DNA from: a virus
Lineage: Duplodnaviria; Caudoviricetes
Direction: 5' to 3' (one strand)
Length of the DNA stretch: 30,872 nucleotides
Virus record (IMG/VR): IMGVR_UViG_3300034062_004747
Coordinates: 1 to 30,872 of that record
Every line of letters begins with the position of its first letter. Positions within the stretch are counted from its first letter, which is position 1. The notes beneath the pieces were generated by a model. It had not been told where the DNA came from. It made no database searches and worked only from the letters and a program-made list of their open reading frames with translations. Below, in pieces: positions 1 to 10,200 of this stretch. A program made the position numbers and the translations under genes.

Positions 1-2
1 GA

Positions 3-1502
3 AGTAGAGGTCGCCCCAGTAATTACAAACAAGACAGGGGCGGAGTACCTGCGGAATTTGGACCATTTGAAGGTATTGTAAAGTCCAACGTAGATCCAAC
101 CAGATCTGGCCGCCTGCAAGTGTTTATTGAAGCGTTTACCGACGGCGGCGAAGCAGCAGAAAATGATGATACCAAATGGACCACAGTAAGTTACATGCAG
201 CAGTTTGGTGGGTACACACCTGCTAGTGTCAGCAGCGGTACCAACAGTGAAATTGGCACGTATCCTGGAAATCAAAACAGCTATGGCATGTGGTTTACAC
301 CTCCGGATCTTGGCGTTAGAGTCCTGTGTATCTTTGTCAATGGTGATCGCTCACAGGGTTATTATATTGGTACGGTGCCGGAACAAGGACTTGGTAGTAT
401 GTTGCCTGGCGTGGCCTCTGCGTCGACCTACGATATAGGCAAAAATGAAAATCAACAAAAATATTTTGCTGCTGCAACTAGATTACCAGTCACTGAAATC
501 AACACTGACAATGAGGCAGTGTTCAATGATCCGCAGTTTTTTAATCAACGCAAACCAGTACACAGTTATGTTGCTGGCGCATTGTTCCAACAAGGATTGA
601 TTGAGGACATTGAACGTGGCACCATACGCAGTTCAAGCCAGCGGGAAACTCCCAGCGCAGTTTACGGTGTAAGCACTCCTGGCATGCCAATTTATCAAGG
701 CGGCCTAAAGCCCAATGATATTCGTAAAAAGATCAATGACGGCACAATCAAACCAAACCAAGCACAGGTGATTGGTCGTATTGGCGGACACAGTTTGGTA
801 ATGGATGACGGTGACCTTGAAGGTGACAATGCACTGTTCCGATTACGAACATCAAAAGGTCATCAAATTACCATGAGTGATACTGGAAACTTTTTCTATA
901 TCACACATGCCAATGGACAAACTTGGTTGGAATTTGGCCTCGAAGGCACAGTTGATGTGTATGCCACCAACAGTGTAAACATCAGAACCAAAGGCGATAT
1001 CAACTTGCATGCTGATCGAGATATCAGTATGTTTGCTGGCCGAAACATCAAAATGAAAAGCAACGAAGCTATTCATGCAGAAGCAACCACTAGCATGACG
1101 TTGACATCACAAGGTGAGTTTACTGCCTACAGCAAAAGCACAATTGGTGTCAAAGCTGACGGAGTATTGACCATCAACAGCAGTAGTGGATCATGGGGGT
1201 CAGGGTCAGCTCTGACACTACAAGCTGGTGCCATTGATTTGAACGGACCTGCTGCTGGAAAAGTTGCCTCACCTAATCCAATAACAAAAACACTGATGGA
1301 TGACACTGAATTTGATACCAGCCTGGGATGGATAATCAAACCAGATGGTCTAGAAAGTATTGTTAATCGAGCACCCACCCACGAACCGTATCCGTATCAC
1401 AACAAAGGTGTGGATGTTGTTGTGCAGTTTGAAGATGGCCAACCGTCGCCACCTCCAGGAGCAGAACCTGTACCAGCTGGTGTAGAGATTGTGGCAAAAT
1501 AA
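3..1502 (+). CDS. gp5: Baseplate hub/central spike protein, T4 gp5/VgrG-like (5'-truncated by the window edge)
   Basis: The frame is open from base 3, upstream of the track's GTG at 120: SRGRPSNYKQDRGGVPAEFGPFEGIVKSNVDPTRSGRLQVFIE. GxVxxNxDPxxxGRLxV together with GMWFTPPDLGVRVLCIFVNGD..GYYIG fits the gp5 N-terminal OB-fold. The C-terminal half has beta-helix-like repeats (VNIRTKGDINLHADRDISMFAGRNIKMKS). It lies just upstream of gp25- and gp6-like genes. TAA at 1500-1502. Confidence 0.85.
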   Translation, partial: SRGRPSNYKQDRGGVPAEFGPFEGIVKSNVDPTRSGRLQVFIEAFTDGGEAAENDDTKWTTVSYMQQFGGYTPASVSSGTNSEIGTYPGNQNSYGMWFTPPDLGVRVLCIFVNGDRSQGYYIGTVPEQGLGSMLPGVASASTYDIGKNENQQKYFAAATRLPVTEINTDNEAVFNDPQFFNQRKPVHSYVAGALFQQGLIEDIERGTIRSSSQRETPSAVYGVSTPGMPIYQGGLKPNDIRKKINDGTIKPNQAQVIGRIGGHSLVMDDGDLEGDNALFRLRTSKGHQITMSDTGNFFYITHANGQTWLEFGLEGTVDVYATNSVNIRTKGDINLHADRDISMFAGRNIKMKSNEAIHAEATTSMTLTSQGEFTAYSKSTIGVKADGVLTINSSSGSWGSGSALTLQAGAIDLNGPAAGKVASPNPITKTLMDDTEFDTSLGWIIKPDGLESIVNRAPTHEPYPYHNKGVDVVVQFEDGQPSPPPGAEPVPAGVEIVAK

Positions 1503-3281
1503 ATGAGTAATTTTACATTTTCGTTAGCAAGCGTTGGTGCTAGTACAGGTACTGAAATCAATAGCAGTTTTTATTCAAAAACAAAAGACGAAGATTTAAC
1601 CTATACTGGATCTGACACTGTAGTTTGGGATAGAGTTAATAGTGAACGACTTCGTCGCGGTTTGCCTAGTTTGACCAGTCTAGGATATCCACGACCACCA
1701 GAAGATGTTGCTACTGCTCCAGCACCAGGCCCGGCCAATAGTGGTGCAAGTACTTTTGAAGTCAAAGGTCCTCCAGGCATGACGTTTGAACAAGCCAAGG
1801 CCATTTTTGACAAACAAGTAAAAACTGGTGCGCTGGTAGGATTCAAATCAGGTGATACATTAAGTGCCGCCACACAAGCTGCTGATGGACTAGCTGCGGC
1901 TCAATCACAATTAACACAAGCACAAAGTGGTATTACTGGAGCATTGGGTGCTGGCATTCCCGGAGCAGCTGGTGCAATTGGCAAGGTGTCTAGTGCTGTA
2001 GCCTCTGCCGGGGGAGCACTAGGTGGATTTTTAACAGGAACAGCAGCTGGTCTTTCAGGCGCCGTTGGTCCGGCAGTATCGTCAATATCAGGAGCGATCA
2101 CAGGAGCCGCCGGGCAACTTAACTCAATTGCCACACAAGCAATTGGTACAATTAACAAAGTGATCACAGGTGCAGCCGTGACTGCGCCAATTGACCTAGC
2201 AAATTTTGCTAAACAAACTCCGGCCCTGACTTCAATTGAGGGAATGGCACAACCCGAAGTCACTGCGGTGCTGGCCCAGGCCAAGAATCTTGTGGCACAA
2301 GGACCAGCAGTTCTAAGCGATACCAAAGGAGTTGGCGAGTTTGGACTCAATGTTAGTCAACTTGAAAAAGCTGGCGTGCTCAAGCCAGGCATGGCTGCCC
2401 TGGCAGACAAATTTAGCGCTAGCATCAGCTCCGTGTTAAAAAGTCCAGCGGCATACACTGGCAAAGATGGAATCAAAGATGTTTCCAGTTTGTTAGCAAG
2501 TGTTACCAAACAAACAGAAATACAACAAACTTTGATGGCTCAAGGACTAAATGATCTCAAAGCAGTTGGCATTCCTATAGACAAATTGAGTGCTCAAGGT
2601 GTGGCTGGAGTGGCACTGAGTGCAGCCAAAGATGTTCTCAATACTGAAAATTTACTAAAAGGTTTACCAGTTTCGTCCGAAGCCAAAGCAGAGTTTGACA
2701 CCGCAGTACGCGACGGTGCATATGCGGTGAATCTAGCTGAAACCAAAGTACCAGCGGTGTTCAAAGCCATAGACTTTCCTGTACCAGCTGCGGACACTGT
2801 CAACCGAGCAACTGTTGACGCTGCAACTACGCGAGTGCTTGGTAATGACAAAATTCCTGAACCCAATTACGGCCCAGGTACAAAAGACAGTTTAACCGAT
2901 GATGCATTTACTGACAAATATACTTTGTTATATGCTGATGTGCTCAACAACTACGTCAACCCGACAGGTCGTATATTCCAGTCAGTGGAAAACAAAATAT
3001 CAGCTTTGCAAAATCAGCAAACTATCACTTTGGCGCAATGGGAAGCAATTAACTCTGAATTTCAAGCAGCACGAGAAAAATACAACGCTCAAGCTCCTGA
3101 CAAGATTGGAGAATTAAATTCCTTTGTTGAATCGGGTACAACTAGACAGCAACGTATTATCAATGACGAACGACTAAGTTTTTCATTGACTAGATTGCAA
3201 AATTTGATTCAGTATTTGCTCAAAACTACTACTGAAATCAAAGAACAATTGCGTTTGCTACGCAGCAAGATTCAAGGGTAA
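1503..3281 (+). CDS. Baseplate/tail-associated protein (592 aa) with a Gly/Ala-rich segment, a lysozyme-like central segment and a helical C-terminus
   Basis: Long ORF whose ATG directly follows the gp5-like stop. It contains GVGEFGLNVSQLEKAGVLKPG...AYTGKDGIKDVSSLL...QTEIQQTLM, recalling lysozyme-superfamily domains of phage tail proteins. The function is inferred from position and motif only. Confidence 0.6.
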   Translation: MSNFTFSLASVGASTGTEINSSFYSKTKDEDLTYTGSDTVVWDRVNSERLRRGLPSLTSLGYPRPPEDVATAPAPGPANSGASTFEVKGPPGMTFEQAKAIFDKQVKTGALVGFKSGDTLSAATQAADGLAAAQSQLTQAQSGITGALGAGIPGAAGAIGKVSSAVASAGGALGGFLTGTAAGLSGAVGPAVSSISGAITGAAGQLNSIATQAIGTINKVITGAAVTAPIDLANFAKQTPALTSIEGMAQPEVTAVLAQAKNLVAQGPAVLSDTKGVGEFGLNVSQLEKAGVLKPGMAALADKFSASISSVLKSPAAYTGKDGIKDVSSLLASVTKQTEIQQTLMAQGLNDLKAVGIPIDKLSAQGVAGVALSAAKDVLNTENLLKGLPVSSEAKAEFDTAVRDGAYAVNLAETKVPAVFKAIDFPVPAADTVNRATVDAATTRVLGNDKIPEPNYGPGTKDSLTDDAFTDKYTLLYADVLNNYVNPTGRIFQSVENKISALQNQQTITLAQWEAINSEFQAAREKYNAQAPDKIGELNSFVESGTTRQQRIINDERLSFSLTRLQNLIQYLLKTTTEIKEQLRLLRSKIQG

Positions 3282-3290
3282 TGTTTACTG

Positions 3291-3297
3291 GTAAATA
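3291..3297 (+). promoter_or_regulatory. T4-like late promoter box (GTAAATA)
   Basis: TAAATA core in a 21-nt intergenic gap, ending 5 nt before the ATG at 3303. It resembles the T4 gp55 late consensus TATAAATA. Confidence 0.6.
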
Positions 3298-3302
3298 TAC
3301 AC

Positions 3303-3683
3303 ATGGCAATGCAAACATTCATCGGATTTAACACTATCAATCAGGTCAAGAAGTTTACTCTAACTGATTTTCCATTGATCAAACAAGACCTGTTGAATGC
3401 ATTCAATATACGCCAGGGCGAGTTGCCAGGTCGCCCAGACTACGGCACTATTTTGTGGAACTTTGTGTTTGAAAATCAAGTTGAAGAACTGCAAAACAAC
3501 ATTGTGAATGAAGTACAGCGTGTGGCCGGCGGCGATCCCAGAGTGTTTATTTCTGACATACAAGTGTTTCCTCAAGACAACGGCATGCTAATACAACTTG
3601 AACTCACCATCAATCCCACAACAGATGCTGAACGACTAAGCATATTTTTTGACATAACCTCTCGACGAGCTAGTTACATTTAA
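3303..3683 (+). CDS. gp25: Baseplate wedge / sheath-initiator protein, GPW/gp25 family
   Basis: 126 aa. LIKQDLLNAFNIRQGELPGRPDYGTILWNFVFE...DPRV fits the gp25 pattern (I..I..T..GER...P.FG..L...LFE...EPRV). Size and position between the gp5- and gp6-like genes agree. Confidence 0.9.
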   Translation: MAMQTFIGFNTINQVKKFTLTDFPLIKQDLLNAFNIRQGELPGRPDYGTILWNFVFENQVEELQNNIVNEVQRVAGGDPRVFISDIQVFPQDNGMLIQLELTINPTTDAERLSIFFDITSRRASYI

Positions 3684-3708
3684 CTATAACTACGCCGTTT
3701 TGTGTAGC

Positions 3709-3716
3709 CATAAATA
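3709..3716 (+). promoter_or_regulatory. T4-like late promoter box (CATAAATA)
   Basis: 7/8 match to TATAAATA in the gap between the gp25-like and gp6-like genes. Confidence 0.65.
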
Positions 3717-3743
3717 AATCAAAGGTACACAAGGTTTCAAAGA

Positions 3744-6700
3744 ATGGCAACAACCACACGACAAACAGCTATATTTGGTGTTGAAGACTGGAAACAGATC
3801 TATCAAACCTATCGAGAAGCTGACTTCCAAAGCTACGATTTTGAAACTCTACGCAAGAGTTTTGTTGACTATTTGCGATTGTATTATCCAGAAACATTTA
3901 ATGACTACATTGAAAGTTCAGAATTTATTGCGCTGTTGGACGTTATTGCGTTCATGGGACAAGCACTGGCTTTTCGTACTGATCTCAACACCCGTGAAAA
4001 TTATCTAGACACCGCAGAACGTCAAGACTCAGTTAACCGTCTTGCTGACTTGGTCAGCTACACTGCCAAGCGTAACACTGCGGCAGAAGGCCTGCTCAAG
4101 GTATTTTCAGTAGTCACTACCGAAAACGTTGTGGACTATAATGGCGTTAATCTTTCTAACGTCACAGTGGACTGGGCTGATCCTACCAATCCTGACTGGC
4201 AAGAACAATTCACAGCAATTATCAATGCCAGTCTAGTGGACACACAAAAAATTGGCCGCCCTGGAAATCGTCAAACATTGCTGGGTGTACGTACTGATGA
4301 ATATGCTGTTAACTTGGTACCTGGATTCCTACCAGTTATCCCTTACGCATCTACCGTTGACGGCATAAACATGCCATTTGAAGCAGTGACTTCAACATCA
4401 GTTGGTGAAGATTACTTGTATGAACCAAGTCCACAACCTAATCAGCCGTTTAATGTATTGTTCCGTAACGATCAACTGGGATTCAGTTCAAACAACACAG
4501 GCTATTTTTTCATGTTCAAACAAGGCGTGTTGCAAAATCAAGATTTCAACTTGGCTGAACGCATTGCAAATCGCACAGTAAACATCAATGTTGAAGGTAT
4601 TAACAATCAAGACCGATGGCTGTTCCAGTTGGACAATGTTGGCACAATTACACGTGAATGGCAATTTGTGGAAAATGTTTACTCTGCTGGCGCCGAACAG
4701 CTGGGCACAACACTGCGTCCAATCTACAGTGTGACCAGCCGTGTGAACGATCAAATCACCATGGTGTTTGGTGACGGTGTGTTCTCTGAGATTCCAGTGG
4801 GCACCTTCCGTGCTTATGTCCGAGCCAGCAACGGTTTGCAATACATTATTAATCCTGAAGAGATGCAAGCAGTCACACTGCCAATCAGTTATATCAGTCG
4901 TTCAGGCAATCTTGAAACTATCACATTCACTTGCGGTATCACACAACCAGTAAGCAACAGTCAGTCTCGTGAACCCATTGCTGAAATCAAACAACGAGCT
5001 CCTGCTCGTTACTACACACAGAATCGCATGGTCAACGGAGAAGACTATAACTTGTTTCCGTACACACAGTACAACAGTATTCTCAAATCTAAAGCAGTGA
5101 ACCGTGCCAGCATTGGTACCAGCCGATACCTAGACCTGGTGGACAACACTGGCAAATACAGTTCAACCAATACTTTTGGCAGTGACGGCGGCATCTGGGA
5201 ACAACTGATACTGCCAACAATTAATTTTACCTGGGATACACGCAATGAAATTGCTGACGTGATCACCAATCAGGTGCAGCCGCAGATAGGCCAATCAACC
5301 ATGCGTCAGTTCTACTACGCTAACTTTCCTCGTGAAAACGTAAACACTGGGCTAACACTGGGCAGCACTTGGCAGCAAAGCACTACATTGGCAAATGAAA
5401 CCACTGGCTATTTTAAAAATGCCGCAGGAACACCTATTCCTGTTGGAATATCAGCTGGCACATTGAGTCCATTCTACTACGCTATTGTGGGCAGCTTGGT
5501 CAAGTTTATTCCTCCTGCTGGCTACTATTTTGATCGTAACAATCGATTGGTACAAGGTAGTCCTACTCGTGCTGATGAAAGACTAGAAATATGGGCAAGC
5601 CCCATGGACGTGATTGCCGACGGAATGAACAACGGTCTTGGTAATCTATCATCTGGTGCTGGCCCAATTACAATCAATAACTTTGTGCCAACAGGTGCAA
5701 TAGTGGACACAATTATTCCATTGTTTGTGACTGATTTGCCACTAGATCTTGAAACCACAATAAGTGAACAAATTGTTTTGTATCGAAACTTTGGTCTTGG
5801 CTACGACAATGACGGCAGCGTTACTGGAACTGCATATTCCTGGTACCTGATTACCAGCACAAACTTGGATCAAGATGCTACCTGGAGTCAGGCCAATGCT
5901 GGCAGTCAAACTGGCCAGGGACTTGATGCATCATGGTTGATACAGTTTGTGACCGCAAACAACAACTATACTATCACATTCCGTGGCCTGGCTTACAGTT
6001 TTGGAAGTGTGCTGCAAACACGATTTTTCTTTTATGATGGACAGCAAGTTTACGACAGTCGCACAGGCACTGTGATCAAAGATTTTATCAACTGCTTGGC
6101 AGTCAACCCCCAGCCAGACTCTACAGAGAGCCTGCCTGGCGACATCATAATGACCATTATTGGTCAGCCTGTTGAAAGCGACGGATATGTTGATGACTTC
6201 CAGGTGTTGGTCAGCTATCGTGACAGCGACAACGACGGTGTTCCTGACAATCCTGATTTCTTTGATGAAATTGTTGCACCCACTGTTAATCCCACACAGA
6301 AATATGTGTTCCTGCAACAAACTGTGGACTTTGATAACTTGCAGCGATACTTGTTGGTAGAGCCTGATCGAGTTACCAGCGACTACGCCACACTAGATGA
6401 CATTGAGTTGGTCAAGAGTGAATGGAGTCCGGGACAAGTGTTCTATGCCTATGATCAAGTCAACAACGATGGTACCACAGGTGCATTTTATGAACTCAGT
6501 ATTGGAGCCACAGGTGTTCGAACAATTGTGGCAGTGTCTGGTTGGATTGCTAGAACTGGACGACAAAGTTTGTACTATCAGTACCGTCATAATAGTCCGT
6601 TGACCAATCGTATTGATCCTGGCACAACCAACATCATTGACTTGTATGTTGCAACACAGGCTTATTATACTGCGTATCAAAATTGGATCCGCGACACCAC

Positions 6701-7202
6701 AAACACTGTGCCAAAACCTGATGTGCCAACCATTGACGAACTCAACACTGCATACCAAGGATTGCAAAATTACAAGATGATCAGTGACAACATTGTCATG
6801 AACTCTGTGCAATTCAAACCGTTGTTTGGCGTCAAAGCTGCGCCCGAATTACGTGCAACTATCAAAGTTATTAGAGCCAGTAATTCAACCGCGTCAATCA
6901 GTGAGATCAAGAGCTCAGTGGTTGCAGAAATGAACAGCTACTTTAGCATTGACAAATGGAATTTTGGCGACACCTTTTATTTCTCAGAAGTATCAGCATA
7001 TTTGCACAGCCAATTGGGAACCATTATTAGTTCAGTGGTCTTGGTACCACTGAATACCCAAAAGAGCTTTGGTGATCTGTATGAAATCAGATCAGCTCCC
7101 AATGAGTTGTTTGTAAATGCAGCAACCATTGACAACATAGAAGTGATTGATGCCTTGACCAGCACTAACTTACGTACAGCACCAGGAAGCGGAGTAATCT
7201 AA
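3744..7202 (+). CDS. gp6: Baseplate wedge protein, T4 gp6 / baseplate-J-like, enlarged (1152 aa)
   Basis: The N-terminus DFETLRKSFVDYLR...FNDYIESSEFIALLDVIAF...ENYLDTAERQDSVNRLADLVSY, the middle ITMVFGDGVFSEIP and EPIAEIKQRAPARYYTQNRMVNGEDY are typical gp6/BplJ motifs. It follows the gp25-like gene. Confidence 0.85.
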   Translation: MATTTRQTAIFGVEDWKQIYQTYREADFQSYDFETLRKSFVDYLRLYYPETFNDYIESSEFIALLDVIAFMGQALAFRTDLNTRENYLDTAERQDSVNRLADLVSYTAKRNTAAEGLLKVFSVVTTENVVDYNGVNLSNVTVDWADPTNPDWQEQFTAIINASLVDTQKIGRPGNRQTLLGVRTDEYAVNLVPGFLPVIPYASTVDGINMPFEAVTSTSVGEDYLYEPSPQPNQPFNVLFRNDQLGFSSNNTGYFFMFKQGVLQNQDFNLAERIANRTVNINVEGINNQDRWLFQLDNVGTITREWQFVENVYSAGAEQLGTTLRPIYSVTSRVNDQITMVFGDGVFSEIPVGTFRAYVRASNGLQYIINPEEMQAVTLPISYISRSGNLETITFTCGITQPVSNSQSREPIAEIKQRAPARYYTQNRMVNGEDYNLFPYTQYNSILKSKAVNRASIGTSRYLDLVDNTGKYSSTNTFGSDGGIWEQLILPTINFTWDTRNEIADVITNQVQPQIGQSTMRQFYYANFPRENVNTGLTLGSTWQQSTTLANETTGYFKNAAGTPIPVGISAGTLSPFYYAIVGSLVKFIPPAGYYFDRNNRLVQGSPTRADERLEIWASPMDVIADGMNNGLGNLSSGAGPITINNFVPTGAIVDTIIPLFVTDLPLDLETTISEQIVLYRNFGLGYDNDGSVTGTAYSWYLITSTNLDQDATWSQANAGSQTGQGLDASWLIQFVTANNNYTITFRGLAYSFGSVLQTRFFFYDGQQVYDSRTGTVIKDFINCLAVNPQPDSTESLPGDIIMTIIGQPVESDGYVDDFQVLVSYRDSDNDGVPDNPDFFDEIVAPTVNPTQKYVFLQQTVDFDNLQRYLLVEPDRVTSDYATLDDIELVKSEWSPGQVFYAYDQVNNDGTTGAFYELSIGATGVRTIVAVSGWIARTGRQSLYYQYRHNSPLTNRIDPGTTNIIDLYVATQAYYTAYQNWIRDTTNTVPKPDVPTIDELNTAYQGLQNYKMISDNIVMNSVQFKPLFGVKAAPELRATIKVIRASNSTASISEIKSSVVAEMNSYFSIDKWNFGDTFYFSEVSAYLHSQLGTIISSVVLVPLNTQKSFGDLYEIRSAPNELFVNAATIDNIEVIDALTSTNLRTAPGSGVI

Positions 7203-10200
7203 TGGCAACTACTCGTTCGGTAGACTTTCTCCCACAGATTTTTCAAACTGAGACCAACAAGCAGTTTTTGGCTGCCACACTGGATCAACTGATTCAAGAA
7301 CCCAAATTTAAAAAAACACAAGGTTATATTGGCCGCACAGTGGGTCCTGGCATAAACCCCAATGACAAATATGTGGTTGAACCAAGTACCACTCGTGCTG
7401 ACTATCAACTAGAACCAGGTGTTATCAGTCTTGAACCAGACACTGATAAAATTAAAAATGCAATTACCTATCCTGGGATCAATGATGCTGTGCAATTCAA
7501 TGGCGGCAACGAAACACGACCAGATCGACTGTATGCCAGTGAGTACTACACATGGGATCCGTTTGTAAACTTTGATACTTTTGTAAATTTTAGTCAATAC
7601 TTTTGGTTGCCATCTGGCCCTGCCGCAGTAGACGTGGCTGCCACTGGCGTCCCTACCACTGATAATTTTGTGGTCAATCGAGAAAACGGTGTTTACACAT
7701 TCTCGGGTGTGGCTGGCAGCAATCCTGTGATTGAACTGGTTCGTGGCGGAAGTTACACTTTTCAAGTGGCACAAAATGCCAAAGAAACAGTGAACTATCG
7801 AGTGTCCAATGTTGGAATATCAGCTTATCAAATTGATTACCAGCCCAATCCTGCACTAACGCTGGCTCGCGGCAACACCTATGTGTTCAATCTGAATCTC
7901 AATGGCAACTATCCTTTTTGGATCAAAACAGCAGCCACCACCGGAGTTGGTGATGCTTATAACTCTGGAGTGAGTCGCAACGGTGCGTTGATTGGACTGG
8001 TAACATTTACTGTGCCGCAAGACGCACCAGATACTCTGTACTATGCTAGCCAAACACAAGCCAACATGCAAGGCGTTCTTAATATTGTTGACGGTGATGC
8101 TGGCACTGGCCCAGGTTTCTGGATACAGGCTGCCCCTGGCATTTCTGGCAAAGTGCCCACTACTCCAAATATTAGTTCACGAGATGTGTTGGGAGTGGTC
8201 AACAATGGTGAAGACCTTGGCCAAATCACATTCAACGTTCCTTTAAAAACTGCACAGTCGTTTTACTACGGCTTGACAGATTTTGGTCCAATAGATTTAA
8301 TTTGTGATCTCAAATTCAATCAAATCAACAACGTGTCTGTTGAAGAATTTATGTCTGCCTACGGCGGCATTGACGGGATTACCAATCTTAATGGTCGCAC
8401 CCTGGTCTTCACTGAACCTGTTACTGATGCACAAGCAGGCGGCTGGCAACAAACTACTTTGTATGATCCGTTGCCAGAGAACAGCACATTCAACGCTCAA
8501 CCAGGCAGTTTTGACACTGTATTTTTTGATCAAACAACTGACATTGCTCCAGCAGATCGTTATCAGTTGTGGCAGATCAATTATGTGACGCTGGGTGCGT
8601 ATACCTATATGACCTTGGTCAAAATTAATACAATACCTAATCTCAACAAGTTTAGAATTTTGTACGGTTCAACCTACAGCAGCACTCAATGGTACAAGAA
8701 CAACACTGGAGTGTTTGAACAAATTCCTTTGCTGACTGCAATACAAGATACCTTGTACTATCAAGACGGCACAGATCCAGAAATTTTTGGACGTATTAAA
8801 TTGTTGGAACAGGCATCTGCTAGCACCATAGACGTTGATGAAATTTTAGGACAAGCAAATTACGTCAGTCCAAACGGTGTGGCATTTACCAATGGTCTCA
8901 AGGTCAAATTCATTGGTGATGTGATTCCAGCCAATTATGCATCAGGTACGTTTAACTTGCTGTGTACGTCGGCAGAATTTGGTACAAACTACATCACCAC
9001 GGCTAGCACAGCCAACCTATATGTGGGTGAGCAGATTACATTCTCAGTGCCAACTATTGGTGGCCTAACACCCGGAACCTACTATATTCAAAGCGTTGCT
9101 CCTAACGGAATACAATTTACTGTTTCTGTTCAGCAGTACGGAACACCTGTGGTATTAAGCCCTGGTACAGCCAATGTCACAGCAATTGTAACCAGCAATT
9201 TAGAATACTACGTGAGCAATGTGGGCACTGCAATTGAATTATTGCCAGTAACTGACTATATAACTCCTGAAACTTACGTGGTTGATAACGATACCACTAC
9301 TATAAATGCTGAGCCAGATACACTGGATTATTTGACCATTGATCGTGCCAGCAAAGATCTGAATCCGTGGACTCGTAGCAATCGTTGGTTCCACCTTGAT
9401 GTGATCAATGCCACGGCTGAATACAACAACACCACCGCAGCTTTTGACAATGCCTACAGAGCCAAACGACCAATCATTGAGTTCCGTCCTGGCGTTAGAC
9501 TCTGGAACATGGGAACCGATGGCAAACAACCAGTTGACATAATTGACTTTGAAGAAACTGATGCCTTTAGTAACATACAAGGCTCCACTGGCTACACAGT
9601 AGATGGATACGAACTAATTGACGGTAGTAGAATTATTTTTGCAGCCGACGAAGACGCGGATGTCAAAAACAAAATCTATGTAGTGAGTTTTATTAATCCA
9701 GACACCGTGAGTCCGTTGATTTCGCAACCTATTATCAATTTGACTCTAGCTTCTGACGGTGTAGTGTTGACTGACCAGTCCACAGTGTGTGTTGCTGGCG
9801 AGACTTTGGTAGGACTGACTTTTTGGTTTGATGGCTCCGACTGGGCACAAGCGCAACAAAAGACTGGAGTACAACAAGCTCCGTTGTTTAATGTTTATGA
9901 TCCCACTGGTGTAAGTTTTGGTGACCAAACAAAATATCAAAGTTCAACCTTTACCGGCAGCAAGTTGTTTAGTTACGCAGTTGGGGACACAGGCATTCTT
10001 GACCCTGTGCTGCAATTTCCGTTGCAATACTTGAACATCAACAACGTTGGCGACATTGTGTTTGAAAACAATCTATACAAAGATACATTCTTGTATGTGT
10101 TGGACAACGCCAGTGTAACATCAAATATCAGTTCAGGCAGTGTGCGTGATTACACTTCACGTGTTGTTTACAATCGTGAAATTGGATGGCAAACAGCAGC

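Noticed and set aside
9788-9811. CVAGETLV in the giant protein resembles an intein N-terminal block A
   Set aside because: I found no block B (TxxH), no LAGLIDADG motifs and no HN-[C/S/T] splice junction downstream. The context (GLTFWFDGSDW) continues as an ordinary structural repeat.
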